The position numbers and the translations under genes are program-made. From Octopus bimaculoides (lineage: Eukaryota): DNA of 64,000 nt. The stretch lies in assembly GCF_001194135.2 (NCBI RefSeq), contig NC_068985.1:39869032-39933031 (forward strand), read 5' to 3'. A model generated the notes under the pieces. It worked only from the letters and a program-made list of their open reading frames with translations. It was not told the origin of the DNA and ran no database searches. Of the stretch, positions 23,581 to 37,688 are shown one piece after another; the stretch's first letter is position 1; each line of letters opens with the position of its first letter.

Positions 23581-24367
23581 TTCATACACACATGTACTAA
23601 CACACATGTGCACACACAGAATGTCACCACCTCTGTACATTTAAAGTCACTGTTGGTGTTGTTATGTAGATCCTTGTCAATCCTGCTCCAGCTGACATAT
23701 AACACATGGATAGCTGGTCAGATATACCACCCACAGATCCAACGCATTGTACACATGTACACCAGTGTTGTTATGATACATCCTTGCTGTGTTCTAACTG
23801 AGCAAACCAATAGCATATAAATAATTAACTGAACAACTGGATGCAACTCACAGATCCAATATTCCAGATATTCTGTGTTTCTCTCTGGGTAAGGACTAAC
23901 CATACTGTTTGTTATAGCATGCAGTAATTTCTCATGAAACACAGCCTTCTGCATATGTTGTATTTCTTCTGTTGTTTAGTCCCAGGCCTGTACCTAATTA
24001 AGCAGACTTATGATCAAAATCATACCAACCAAGAACATCTCAGTTTTTTTTTTAGCCATCATGTATGTAACATTACGTTAACTAAGGTAGTATTACATGT
24101 TTTTTAAGGAAGGGTGTGAATTAAAGAAGATTTGGTTGCTATTTCTATCTAATGGAAAAGCTACAGAGGAGGTTCCTTATCAGCTTGATGTCATAGTACC
24201 TGGTACTTCTCATAAGGGAGGAAAGTAAGGTGGACTTGAATAGTGTGTAATGGATGCCTCCAGAAATCTCACAACAAAACAAAATCAAAAACCTATCTTC
24301 ATTCTTTGATTCTATGCATTAATATTTAGTCATGTTCTTTTTTACATTTTTCACTTATGCTTGACAG

Positions 24368-24516
24368 TTAGAGGACATTCCAAAACTGGCGGGATTTGTT
24401 TCATGCCTCAGTACAATGATGTCAGATGCTATACCACATGCAAAGGTCATTTGGTATGATAGTGTCACGAAAGATGGCTTCTTGAATTGGCAGAACGAGC
24501 TTAATTTAAAGAATGA
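24368..24516 (+). CDS. ENGASE: ENGASE exon 5
   Basis: LEDIPKLAGF...KVIWYDSVTKDGFLNWQNELNLKN(E), the WYDSV..G.L.WQNELN motif; ttgacAG / GTAAGT. Confidence 0.95.
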
Positions 24517-24939
24517 GTAAGTGCAGAAGAGCCTTTTTTTGTTTTTTTTTGTTTTTTTCATTCACTCAGTTAGTAAATTCAGTTTACTACTACACAGTTT
24601 CTGGACAGTGGTTTATTCACCAGAAAGTATGTCACCTTTAGAATCAGCTGGATGAATTGAGAAAGTGCCCACTACCAATAAAAGAGCTTATTGTTTGTAA
24701 CCTCTCACTAGGTCTGTAAGCTACACCCTGAAACTATTGTTAGCTCAGTCTATCTAGCTTTAAACAGATATTGTAGGGAAACATAAGAATTTTAGAGACA
24801 CTAAGAACACTATTTAATTAACATGTTTTGAATATGGCCTCTTTTCAAATGTCTTTAAATTTTGGAGGAATTGTTTTTGCTTATGTTCTGTGAAGAAAAA
24901 GAACCATGCCACTATAAACTTATGCTTTATTCTTTCCAG

Positions 24940-25111
24940 ATTATTCTTTGACAAGTGTCATGGAATATTCCTGAATTATTGTTGGAACGAAGAGGGTCTA
25001 AAGAGAACCAAGAAAATTTGCACCCAGAAAGATCGTATGTATGATGTATTTGTTGGAATTGATGTCTTTGGACGTGGTTGTTATGGTGGTGGTGGTTACA
25101 GTTCAAACAAG
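24940..25111 (+). CDS. ENGASE: ENGASE exon 6
   Basis: LFFDKCHGIFLNYCW...YDVFVGIDVFGRGCYGGGGYSSNK; ttccAG / GTAAAT; phases consistent. Confidence 0.95.
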
Positions 25112-25897
25112 GTAAATATTACTGGAGAAGTGTAGTATGGCATCCTCAGTCCTTAGCTTATGGCTAATTCATTATTTAAAATGATATTTTGAATTACTGT
25201 TAAAAATAGTAAAATGGAAAGATAATATCTTTAGGCTAAGCATAAAATATGATAGCCCCAAAACATCTCTATAGTTGTCTTTTACCTCCCAACAAAGATC
25301 AATCTTACCTTACAATAAACGTGTAAATTATCTTTAAGAGATTAATTCCTAAATTATTGAAATTATCTCTCTTTTCTTAGAGAGTCAATAACAAGTGTTT
25401 CTACATTTTTGTTTTCTTTCTCCAACTAATGGAAATGTCATTTAAGAATATTTTTTTTACACACAAATCATCATAACTTACACACAAATCATCATAACTT
25501 AGTTTATTCAAATAACCTGTGTTTTATTGTAGATGTATAATCAAACTCTTAACTGTTTCACTCTATAAGTATCTATTCCAACTTAAAGAAACACATGACA
25601 TTTGTTCTGTACCCCCAAAAGGCATAACTTTTCTAATTTTGTGACCATCCTATTGCGCTCACTATCAGTATCTCAAATGTGGTGGAAACTGTTATAAATG
25701 GCCACTTCCTTTAACACTCTAAATTTTTCTCCCAGCTCAGTGACAATCAGTTTAGTTTCTATAAAATCATATCTACTGAAGACTTGCTCTCATTTGTAAC
25801 TTGCCAATGGTCTGGTCTGTGACCCTTAAACAATTTGGCTAAAGCAATGTTGTTGATGTTACATAAAAAAAATCAAGTTTTCAGTTAGGTTGCTTCT

Positions 25898-25920
25898 GGG
25901 TTAGGGTTAGGGTTAGGGTT
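25898..25920 (+). repeat. Interstitial (TTAGGG)n
   Basis: GGG(TTAGGG)3TT. Confidence 0.85.
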
Positions 25921-26599
25921 GCCACATTCTTCCTTTTGTATATAAATGACTTTCTCACACATTGTCTTATGCAAATGATATCACTCTGACTCTATATAGC
26001 CTTTCTATAGGCACCATTTATAAACAATCCATGGCACCTTGTGTTAACTCTTTTCCATATTTACACTGAAATTTACTGCACTCGTTTCAGTTAATCCTGA
26101 AAATAATGAAGAAATTATTAAAATAACTTTGTTGTTCTTAAGCTGATGTTTGGAATATAGATTAACATGAAATTTTGATGGAATATTTTAATTTAAATCA
26201 GTTTTAATACAAAAAGAACCAGGAGCAGATTCAGACAGGTTGGTATTAAAAGGATAAATCATGTGCCATTTCCATGAACAGAGATCTTTAAAACATCCCC
26301 AACAGGATATGACAACCTAGACTCATTGAAGAATACCATGACACGGTTATTATACATATTTAGGAAACATTTTTAGAACTCTTTGATTACAATTTTCCTC
26401 CTCATCAATACAACCTTCAAACTTTGCAAATGTTAGTTTTAACTATCTCTGATGTTTTCATAACAACTATAGATCAATAAAATGGCCAAAACTACATCTC
26501 AAAGACTAAGTTTCTTCTTTAGAGCTAGAAATTTATTTAAATACATACTATTGCAAACTTGCACAGAGTTCCAACAAGAACTACATTAAACTGTTCTCA

Positions 26600-26765
26600 C
26601 ATAGGTGCAGGAATAGCCTGTATTTAAGAAGCTTGCTTTGCAATCATATGGTTCTAGGCTTGATTCAACTGCATGTCAAGTGTCTTCTAAGTCCCAGTTA
26701 ACCAATGTCTTGCTAGTGGAATTTGGTTGATAGAAATTGTGCGAGAGTCTGTTATGTGTATATAC
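26600..26765 (+). mobile_element. tRNA-derived SINE (third family, degraded)
   Basis: taggtgcagga...catatggttctagg...caagtgtcttct; related inverted copies at 40890-41160 and 48010-48160. Confidence 0.6.
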
Positions 26766-27524
26766 ATTCACAAACACACACACACACGTACATGCATTTG
26801 TTGGTAATTGTATATCAATAAACCACTGAGACAAGTTGTGTCCCTATATAGCAAAAGGTAACTTAACCATTTAATAAACAATGACTAAAATAAGTATTGG
26901 AGTTGAGATGATCAAGTAAAACCTTTGAAGGTGATTCCCTAGCATGGTTGCAGTCCAGTGACTGAAAGCAATAAAAAGCTAAAGTTTATGTGAGGTGGTA
27001 CAGCTGCTATGACCATAACTGTGACAAAGTGTGTAAAGCCAAAGGGTACTGCTCCATTATGGAATAAAGAGTGTAATGCTGTTCTTATTGTTTAACTCCC
27101 ATACCAGCCCTGATTGAGTTGACCTATGATCAAAGATATTTCAATCATAACCATTCCATATTTCTGTATACTTGTGACTACCTTATCAATGTTTTGTTTT
27201 GTTTTTTTCACTATGGCAGGGTAAAATTTGAAGGATATTTGGTTTCTATTTCTTGTAGATCAATTAACCACATAAAGACTCTCTTATTGGCTCATAGCAA
27301 TGCTATAAAATTGATGAGTGTTTTAATAGCAAATGGTACTGAGTTTCACTCCTCCTATGGATATCATAGCTTGGAAAATGTCAATCTTTTACAAAGATTT
27401 GCTCTAGATACATACACTACTTAAAGAAAAACATGCATTGATACACTACTTGAAAACAGAAACCTTCATTAATGCCATTGTGTAACTTTACAAGTTATTG
27501 AACTTACCACATATACTTTTACAG

Positions 27525-27628
27525 GCTTTGAAAATAATTCGTGATGTAGGACTGTCAGCTGCTATTTTTGCCAATGGTTGGGTTTTTGAGTGCCAAAGTG
27601 TTAAAAACTTTCTTCAGAATGAAATCAG
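27525..27628 (+). CDS. ENGASE: ENGASE exon 7
   Basis: ALKIIRDVGLSAAIFANGWVFECQSVKNFLQNEI(R); ttttacAG / GTAAAA. Confidence 0.93.
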
Positions 27629-28764
27629 GTAAAAGAATTATGCCTGAAAGTATTATAAAATACTAGCAGAAAGACTGCCCTCCAGGCAGTTTTCTGCTCA
27701 ACACTTGATAATATTTTCACATTCAATTCCCAATTCTAATAATTTTTATGATATTTTACGTCTAATTATTTCTTTGTATAGTAGTGCTTACTTGCTTAGT
27801 AAATATTGTTTTCATTATTTTATCACAGTCATAATCTCTTTTTTTTAAACAAATATCAAGGTAGTCCAACTACGTTTAGTGTGCAAAAAAAAAATAGGAG
27901 CAATCTCAGAAATATTTTAATACCTATAGCACTGCTAAATGTTCTTTTTCTGTTGCATATTTTTTCGGATGCCCCATGTTGAATTGCAAAATTCTAATGT
28001 GATATTTGTGTAATAACAAAATCAAACCTGGAGTGTGTGTGTGTATTTATATTAGAGAGACAGTGTGTGTGTATGAGAGAGAGAGGGAGAGAAGGTGGGG
28101 AGAGAACATTGCAAACAATGAACAAATTAAACATGAAATGAAAAAATTGTATAAATAAGAGCTTGTTAAAAAGTGTCTTGTACTGAATATTTAAATTTGT
28201 GAACTTGAAATATTCAGTAATAAAAGAAAGTTCAGAAAGTAAATTTTCCTGTAAACGTCAATTTATAAAAAAAACTCACTTGCTTAGTAAATATTTATTT
28301 CAGTAATTTATGTTATTGTTGTAATATATCTCTACTTTAAACAAACTTCAAGATAACCCAACTAAGTTTAGTGTGCCAGAAATAGCAGTGATCACATAGT
28401 TATTATTGTAAGGCTTTTAGCATTCCAAACAGCCATACTAACAAAATCACTTAATATTTTTTTTTTAATTATACTGGTATATTAAAAAATGTTCATTTTA
28501 TCAAAAATATTCATTTCACTAACTCCAGAAAGCCTCAAAGTTATACTATTATTTTGTCTAATAGCATTCATTAATTCAATAAATAATTCTTTTACATTAC
28601 GTGTATAGAATAAACTATGGGTTTTTCAAATAGTGAATTAAAACTTCAAATGAAAACATTGAAATGAATATATATTAAATTATTATTAATGAAAATAGAG
28701 GCAAAAGAGAGTGAGAGACAGTTGCAAATGAATAGGAAAATTTTACCTGCAAGAAATCATCATC

Positions 28765-29460
28765 ATCATCATCATCGTTTAATGTCCGCTTTCCATACTA
28801 GCATGGGTTGGACGATTTGACTGAGGACTGGCGAACCAGATGGCTGCACCAGGCTCCAATCTGATCTGGCAGAGTTTCTACAGCTGGATGCCCTTCCTAA
28901 CGCCAACCACTCCGAGAGTGTAGTGGGTGCTTTTATGTGCCACCAGCACAAGGGCCAGTCAGGTGGTACTGGCAAGGGCCACGCTCAAATGGTGTTTTTT
29001 ACGTGCCACCTGCACAGGAGCCAGTCCAGCAGCACTGGCAGTGACCTCACTCAAATGTTTTTTCATGTGCCAGTAAGGCGATGCTGGTAACAATCACGCT
29101 CAAATGGTGCTTTTTATGTGCCACCGGCACGGAAGCCAGACAGCTGCACTGGCAATGATCATGCTCGGATGGTACTGTTAGCGCTCCACTGGCACGGGTG
29201 CCAGTCATCAAATTTGGTTTGATTTCGATTTCACTTGCCTCAACAGGTCTTCGCAAGCAGAGTTTAGTGTCCAATGAAGGAAAGGTACACATAAGTGGGC
29301 TGGCTACACCCCTGGCAAAGGCCACGGGTTATAGTCTCACTTGGTTTGCCGGGTCTTCTCACACACAGCATATTCCCAAAGGTCTCGGTCACTAGTCATT
29401 GCCTCGGTGAGGCCTAATGTTCGAAGGTCGTGGTTCACCACCTCATCCCAGGTCTTCCTG
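28765..29460 (-). mobile_element. RTE LINE 3' end, well preserved
   Basis: (CAT)n, then the reverse complement of the canonical tail and tandem gtgccacc units; ends in the aggaagacctgggatgaggtggtg RT C-terminus. Confidence 0.88.
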
Positions 29461-29691
29461 AGTTTATTAAACATTAAATACTCTGCAGTGAATGCAACAA
29501 ATATCTAAATTTGTGAAAAACTTGTAGTTCAAATATTCAATAAACTTCAAAAAGCAAAATTACAGGAAATTTCTTGGAACTTGAATTTATAAAATAATTT
29601 CCAGATGGTCAAGCCTTTAATAATTGCTTTCTTTTAGTAACTGTTTCATACCTAATTAATAAGCAGCTTTCTCCATTATAATATAGATATC

Positions 29692-32600
29692 TGTTATAAA
29701 TTATGGAATTTTAATAAGAGAAGGTTGTTCACCAATTTAGTAGGAGAGGTTGTTCAGTGTGAGAAAATGAAATTATCAAAATGTATATTTTTGGGGTTGA
29801 CATAACACAGATTTATTTAAAAGGAGGATAACATGGTGTAACAAATAAACAAAGGTAATTATGATTTTAACTTGCGTATAAGGATGTGTGCATTGATAGA
29901 AATAATGATCTGCTGGAGTGATGTTGGCAGAGAAGAGTTAGTTTACTAATAAGCAGTAAAAATCCAGGGGCAGAGGAATGCAGTACCAGTGTGTTGTTAC
30001 ACATGGATGAAATAGTTTGACTGCCCTGCAACAGATACCCTTCCCCCAGACTCTAGGTAGCCAGGGGTTGTAGCACGCTAAGAACACATTAAAATACAAA
30101 ACAATAGCAATTTGAACTTTATAAACAAAGAGGTTTTATGTGTGATAACAGGTCAGATATTGAGAGATATACTATATCTTTATTTACAATGTTTTCGATC
30201 GTAAGTTATAACAAATATTATTGTTTCTTAATTAAAAGCTATAATGATAATCTCGTTACTTATAATTTAATTATAAGTATTTATCACTAAGCATAACTGT
30301 TAGTTTAGGCTGCGTAAATGTTATGATGTATACATACCAAGACACTGAACGTGCGTTCATACGTACATGTATGTTGAAGATATAGATATTTTTTTGACCA
30401 TTACACATAAAAAAAATACAGTTTCATTAATATACAGAAATAAATTCAACAAGTTGAAAGAAACGAGAAGTAAAAGGAATTAAATTTCTACATTAATTTA
30501 TTATGTACATTTTAGGCATTTATAGAACAGTTAGAAATAAAGTCATTTCGTCGTAGAGAATTACGACTTAAATTTTATACTAACTAATATTGTCGGATTT
30601 GAGTATTGAACATGGCATAAATATTAGCCGATACTCAAGAGGGTGAGTGTCATGGATTTGAGTTACAACCCAACGATCACTTGAGTGAGTGTCGTGGATT
30701 TTAGTAGCAACCCAACAATCACTGGAGAGTTTACCGAAAATCAGGGTTTTTATAACTACTCATACACGAATCATAGAACCGTACCCTGCGAAAGACTTCT
30801 TCAACGAAGTTCAGAATTCGTATATGGGCAGTAATTTTCAACCAATGAGAAATCAATAATTTCTCATGTTTGGGCAAACGGACTTACATTCTCTCTCCGC
30901 CTCTTATGAGTTTGCTACAGAGGCATGCAAACAACAGTCTAGGTCTGGCAAAAAAAAATTACCAAGCAAAGTTCAAGATCAGAGAACGTCTGATAATGGG
31001 GAAAATGGTATAAGCAATATATTGAATATTCACAAACATATATGTAAGGATAAAAAGGAGTCCTGGAAAACAAAAACAAATGTATACAATAGTAAAAAGG
31101 AAGCTGAAGGAAGTTCTTCATAGCTTACTGTCCAGGAAGGTGGTCTCTATGAGACAGAGCAAGCAAAACCTGATGTGCAAATGTGATGGCAACTGTCCAG
31201 AAAACTGGAAATCACAGGATGTGAAAGTCAAAGTGTGAGAGTGCAATGTTAGCTGCTGAGAGATAAGCAGTGCCAAGATTTTGCCTGCAGTGACAAAAGA
31301 GTTTTAAATCTGCAAGAGCGGTGGGTTGCTTGCAGAAGCTGTTGGCTGCTAGGACATAAGCAGTGCCAAAAATGTGCCTGCAGGAGCAGTGAGTCACCTG
31401 CAGTGGCAAAAGAGTTTTAAATCTGCAAGAGTGGTGGGTCACTTGCAGAGACAAGAGCTTTAAGCCCACAAGAGTGGTTAATCGCTTGCAGAGGCTGACG
31501 GATTGTAAACTTGCAAGAGTGGTGAATTGCTTCCAGAGGCTGTATGAAGAATGCATTAAATACAGGAAGAATGAAACATGCAAAGAATAATGTGTAAGTG
31601 TAACTGCTGGAAGTACTGTGAAACAACACCGATTGAAAAGTCTGATGCAGTATCCCCCAGCGAAAGCTGTGCAAGATGAGGTGCTGAGTAGGGTACATGA
31701 GAATATGAAAAGATGCAAGAAAAATGCAACAAAATGAACAGAAAGAAATTGGAACAGAAAAGGTCATGGCAAGGCTGAAAAATGTGAAAGAAGAAACAGG
31801 AAAACATTGAATAAGTGTTCCAATGAATGCTGTTAAGAAATGCATGGTTGGTGAAAAACAACACATTTCAGGTTAAGAAGTTGTTTGAAGTGTCGTCCAT
31901 CTGTATGGTGCTCTGAGTGACTGAAATTTGCTGTATGAGACTACAAAGTTGGTTGCTGTACAAAAGATGTTGCAGGAATGATTTGAAATTAGTGTTGAAG
32001 CCATGGTACTGTTGGTGTGTATAGCTGTCAAAGGTCGAAGTCTGAATATTGTGGCAAGCGCAGTTGGTGTGCATAGCCATCAAAAGTCTGACCACATGGT
32101 TAATATTGCGGCGAAAAAAAGAATGTGAATAGCAAAAGAAAAAGTTTTAACAAGGTTGCCAAAAGTCGTAAGCCATGATTGACACAGCAAGTCAAAACTA
32201 AAATTGAAATTACTCCCTAGTGAGTTACATGCAAATCTCCAACGTCGGTTTTCTTTCTATATTTTTTGTTTTGCGAATAGTCCATTATGGAATATTCTAA
32301 CAGCAGGGTCACCAATTTAATAAGAAAGGATTGTTCACCAATTTAGTAGGAGAGGTTGTTCCTAGTGAGAAAATGTAATTATCAGAAGGCATTGTTTTGG
32401 GTTAACACAATGCAGATTTATTTAAAGGGAGGATAACACGGTGTAACAAATAAACAAAGGTAATTATGATTTTAACTTGTGTATAAGGATGTGTGCGTCG
32501 ATAGAAATAACAATCTGCTGGAGTGATGCTAGCAGAGAAAAGAGTTAGCTCACTAATAAGCAGTAAAAATCCATGTGTTGTGTGAAAGAGAAAATGCAAT

Positions 32601-32825
32601 AAGTTGTTTCCAAGTGAATGTATAAGTAACCAGTCAGTCTGGTGTTCCGTATGACCAAAGTCACTGGAAAGCTGATGATCGCATGTTAACCTTCCAGTGG
32701 CTAATGAAAGTTGTCATGTGGGAGTCATCATGTGCATTCCTCTGCTGCTAGCTTTTAAAGGGCAGAGGAATTCAGTACCAGTGTATTGTTACACAGGGGT
32801 AAAATAGTTTGACTGCCCTGCTACA
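29692..32825. mobile_element. LTR-like direct repeats (29692-30033 and ~32267-32825) flanking a degenerate internal region
   Basis: About 300 bp of direct similarity; both copies end ...ctgccctgc(a/t)aca; the right copy has a ~185-bp insertion; internal 40-50 bp tandem repeats. Confidence 0.6.
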
Positions 32826-33194
32826 AAATTAATATATTTTACCTTTGTTGACATCTCATAAAAGGACAAATTTTGGTAGTTTCAACAAATTTAGGTCTTC
32901 AAAATGTTTTTTCAACATCTAATAAAGTAATGAAATCATCAGTTTATCAAATTCTAACTGGTATAGATCTTCTCAAAATTACAAATTTTGATAAAGGAAT
33001 GAGATTCTTAAACTTCCAAATAAGGAAATGAACTCATAACAATTACAAATTCTAAGAGATCTGGATTCTCAATATTACATTTCCTTACTAAGGAAGTGAT
33101 ACAATGATAAATTTTGATATTGTATCATCCAAGTTTTTCTTTCTCAGTACTATGACTGGTTTAAGGTGATAATCTGCCAGAATTGTTACCAAGA

Positions 33195-33375
33195 AAAATG
33201 CTTAATGACATTTCATCCATCTTTATGTTCTGATTTTCAATTCTGCTTAAGTCAACTTTGCCTTTCATCCTTTTGGGCTTGATAAAATAAGTATCAGTTG
33301 AGTACTGGGGTCTGCGTAATCAACTTATCCTTCCCCTTAAATTGCTGGCCTTGGGCGAAAATTTGAAACCAATAT
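33195..33375 (+). mobile_element. tRNA-derived SINE
   Basis: Same family as 17621-17834. Confidence 0.7.
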
Positions 33376-33518
33376 TATGATTGAGTTACTATGACTCTCT
33401 ATATATCTGTGTCTGTCTGTCTCTCTCTCTCTCATTCTCTTAACAGGTTCAAATCATATCCTAGACTTCTGAAGATTTGTTGATGATAATATTTTTTGTG
33501 TTATATCTTTGTATTTAG

Positions 33519-33627
33519 GTTTTGGTCTCTGCTGCATCCCTTATGTTCAGTACATGGCCCATCTTCTTTGCCATTGTCAACTTCCTTCTGCCATGGCTAT
33601 GGACATAAATACTTTCTAAATGGAAAG
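33519..33627 (+). CDS. ENGASE: ENGASE exon 8
   Basis: FWSLLHPLCSVHGPSSLPLSTSFCHGYGHKYFLNGK (LP..TSFC.G.G motif); tttAG / GTAAGC. Confidence 0.92.
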
Positions 33628-34110
33628 GTAAGCTCTTTAATCTGTTTTCTTTAAACAGTTGAGTGACATAAAGAATCTTGAAAGTAGTCTTTTCCTATCT
33701 ACTGTTCTGATTTTTTGACTCCCACACATGAAAATGTGACCCACACTAGCTGCATCCATAGCCTCATACTGAATATATGCCCTCCACACATTAAATTCAC
33801 AGGAAGTGTCAATGTAACCAGAAGACAGCCTGTAAATAAATAAATAAAACTCAAAAATTTAAACATAATGTTACATCGCATGAAAAGCACCTTTATGCGA
33901 CCTAACAAGTCAACATACGCAATGTTTGTACTATTGTTCAAGAAACAAAATTACAAGCCAAACCCAAAACACTTCAGATCCCAAAATACACCCTGATATT
34001 TTTTTTTTTTTTTTTTTTTAAAGCAGGGAAAAGATGTAGGTTTTCACCTTGGAAAAATATTTTCCCTTCTCAATGCATTTTTGAATGAAAGAATATCTTT
34101 TCTTCCACAG

Positions 34111-34286
34111 TGCCTTTCCAATAAAGAATGGATCAGTATAGGAATGCAACAGATACAACAAGTCCAAACTTCTTTGAGCTTTAACGATGAAGTTTTTTCC
34201 CAAATGTATCAAGAGGATGGTTTTATTGGTGGTGGTTGCTTGAAAATTTTAAAACCAGTTCCAGGAAGTCAGAGTTACATGTGCAG
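34111..34286 (+). CDS. ENGASE: ENGASE exon 9
   Basis: CLSNKEWISIGMQQIQ...EDGFIGGGCLKI (compare W..LSAQEIQP and DAW.GGSSL); cttccacAG / GTAATA. Confidence 0.88.
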
Positions 34287-34574
34287 GTAATATCTTAAGC
34301 ATCCAGATAAAAGATATCTCACAAGTACCCCAATAACAGCTATTACATAAATGTTGAAGTTATAGACACCACATTGATTATAAGGTAATAGATATCACAT
34401 GATTGTTCAGTTGATATATATCATTGTGGTAGTTAAGAGGTGATGTACTGAATATCACACAAGGAAAACTTGTCAATTGTAATTCCCCACTTACCAGGGG
34501 TAAGTAAACCAAAAACCTAACAAATTATTTCTTTTAGCTTATTTTAAGTTTTGTTTTTGTTTTGTTTTTTTCTC

Positions 34575-34830
34575 AATTCATCATTGTTATTGTTTAGCAT
34601 GTTTTGCATGCTGGCATGAGTTGGACAATTTGACTGGAGACAATGAACAAGAGGAATGCACCAAGCTTCAAAGTCTGCTTTGGCACAGTTTCTATAGTTG
34701 GATGCCCATCCTAACACCAACTTCACAGAGTGTACTGGGTGCTTTTTACATGGCACCAGTGTGAGGTGGCAGCATAAGTAATGTGGAGTGTGGATAGTGT
34801 GCAAGAGATGCACAATATTAGGGACAGGGT
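34575..34830 (-). mobile_element. RTE 3' tail (degraded)
   Basis: Reverse complement of the canonical tail. Confidence 0.7.
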
Positions 34831-35773
34831 CATAAGTACAAAGGAGGATGAGCATAAGCAGTGGGAGAGTTTCAGTGGAAAATAAGATGGTAGGGAATGA
34901 AAATGAGATTGTGAGATGAAAAGTAAATGACTGTCATAGAGTTATACCAGCTGAGTGAATAGTCTCAGTGAAAAGAGTAGAGGGGTGGGTGTTATGAAGA
35001 TGAGTTGAGGAGCAGAGAGACATGTCAGGCAAAGATTCAGTCTCTAGCCCACAACTTATGTGAAATATGTCACTAACATGCAGGTTTTTTGTACACACAC
35101 ACACACCTCAGAAGTGTTCAAGTGACAGCTCATTCCTGGACATAACCATGTCCAAGTAACAGCTGTCACAGTAATGAAATTAAGTAGGCTTGAATTTTGA
35201 TTTAGTGGTACACAGTTTATCGATCCAAATGAGTAAGGTAGCAGTGGCAGAAGACACTGTGGGAGAATACAATACATTTGGTGAGTTAGGGGTTAAAGTA
35301 TTTTAATGAACGAAGGCTTGTTATTTAGTTGGGCAGGCTATTTTTGTATATGTCCTAGATGTTACAGTAAAGTCCTTGTTAAGAAGTAATGTGGTCATAT
35401 TTTGGAGTTGATATTTGATGGGTGAAGGAAAGTATATTTAATTTTACATTGTATAAATTCATCAAGCAATTGATATTAGGCATCAGGAAAACATTAAGCT
35501 TTTATGATAAAGTAATATGCAATGAAAAAAAGTAGTATATCCTCTGTGCAATTTCTCTCACTTTTATAACATTACAGAAACTGGATGGAAACTTAATCCT
35601 TATGAATCTCTGGAATTTATTGAAAAAATTAATTAATTCTGCAAATGGTGATTGAATTTAAGATAGGGTTTGATAGTTACAAGAGTTGCCTTTGATTAAG
35701 TATTAATTATACATTTCATTTGCTTGAACCATTAATGAATTCATACTGTATTTTATTTATTACAATCTTCCAG

Positions 35774-36028
35774 TATCTTCCATTGTAATGTGACAGTGAA
35801 TAAGAAATTATTAGTCAGTTATTGTGTGAAACCATTAATAGAACCCATCAGACAGGAGAGCCTGCAACTAACATTCACTAGAAAAGACGGTAAACAAACA
35901 AAAGTCATTTTTGTGGCAGGTTCACATTATTATCCAGTGGAACTTCAAAAGAGTGAAGTGAAGAGGATTCTTGAAAATGCAGATATCTGTCTTCTTCCTG
36001 AAAATGGATCCAATGGTTGGAAACAACA
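35774..36028 (+). CDS. ENGASE: ENGASE exon 10
   Basis: IFHCNVTVNKKLLVSYCVKP...ENGSNGWKQ(H); cttccAG / GTTAGT; phase 2 at both ends. Confidence 0.85.
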
Positions 36029-36402
36029 GTTAGTATAATATTGGCTTTACTGATATTTGTTTTCAGATTTTTAATTGTTCTTTGATATTTATCTTATATG
36101 CTTCAAAGGTACATTTGTGTGTAAATCTGATTTAAAAGAAAAATTCTTGTATGAGAAATAGTTTAAAAGTTAACATCATCATCATCATCATTTAAAGTCT
36201 ACTTGTTCATGCTCGCATGGGTCAGACAGGATATGTCAAGGCAGATTTTCTACAGTTGGTTACCCTTCCTGTCACCAACTCTCTCCTTTTTTTCAGCAAG
36301 GCAAAATTTCCCTATCGCAGGACATGGTAGATAGAAACTGAAGGAAGCTCTTTGTGTGTGTGTGGGTGTGTGTATGTGTATATGTGTGTGTGGGTGTGTG
36401 TA

Positions 36403-36435
<33 letters not shown>

Positions 36436-37167
36436 TGCATCTTAAAACAGCTTGAGAAATATAGGTTTTTCATGAATCAAAACTGATTGATGTAATAATT
36501 TAAATTACCTGTGTCATTCTTTTAAGTTACGATTTTCAGTACTCATCCACAAAAACTTCTATTGCTTTAGTTGTTCTAAGATCTGTACAAACATGGAATT
36601 ATGAATATGAAAATGATGTGTACATGTGTGTGTGTATTGGCATTATTATGTATAGGCATAAGAATAACAACAGATGGATAATGGTTCATTCACTGCAGCT
36701 GTTTCCAACGAATTTTTTAATTGATGAACAGAGGTATTGCATCATGTGAAATAAAAACGTTTTCTTCAGGTGAATATACACAAATTACACATTCAAACAT
36801 TCCAAACGTCACCAGTTTGTGCTACTTTATGATCGACTGACTAGTAATAGTCTATATATATATATATATATATATATACATACATATATATATCATAATC
36901 ATCAATTTTCAATGTTTACTTTTCCAGCTTACTTTGGTCAGACAAAATTAATTGAGATAGATTTTCTGCAGCCATATTCCAATACTCCCATCCTGTTGCC
37001 AATCCTCACCTGTTTCCAAATAAGATAATCTTTTTCTATGGATGGGCATATTTCATGGAAGATAAGAAATGAAGAACACCACTTTTGTGACAGTGACACC
37101 TATTTCTAACAGTATCAAGACAAGGAAACACAAACATATACACAGACACACATATATATGTGTGTAT

Positions 37168-37400
37168 CATCATCATCATCATCATCATCATCATCGTTTA
37201 ACATCCGCTTTCCATGCTAGCATGGGTTGGACGATTTGACTGAGGACTGGTGAAACCGGATGGCAACACCAGGCTCCAATCTGATTTGGCAGAGTTTCTA
37301 CAGCCGGATGCCCTTCCTAACGCCAACCACTCAGAGAGTGTAGTGGGTACTTTTACGTGTCACCCGCACGAAGGCCAGTCAGGCGGTACTGGCAACGGCC
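37168..37400 (-). mobile_element. RTE 3' tail, young copy
   Basis: Near-identical by eye to the reverse complement of 43415-43615; (CAT)n tail. Confidence 0.88.
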
Positions 37401-37402
37401 AG

Positions 37403-37435
<33 letters not shown>

Positions 37436-37688
37436 ACATACATACATACTACAAATTTCTCTGTTTCTTTCCACTAAATCCACTCTTGGACTAACACTAT
37501 AGTAGGTGCTATACTGAAACCATATCATTAGGAAATGAATTTCTTAACCATAATTATATATATAATTTCTGTAAAACATAATAGATAGTACTTTGAGGTA
37601 GAAATGACAATTTCAAAAGAAAACACCATTATTGATTTAAAAACAGTGCAGACTTTTTAAAGTTTTGGTTCTCTCCTCTCAATTTTAG

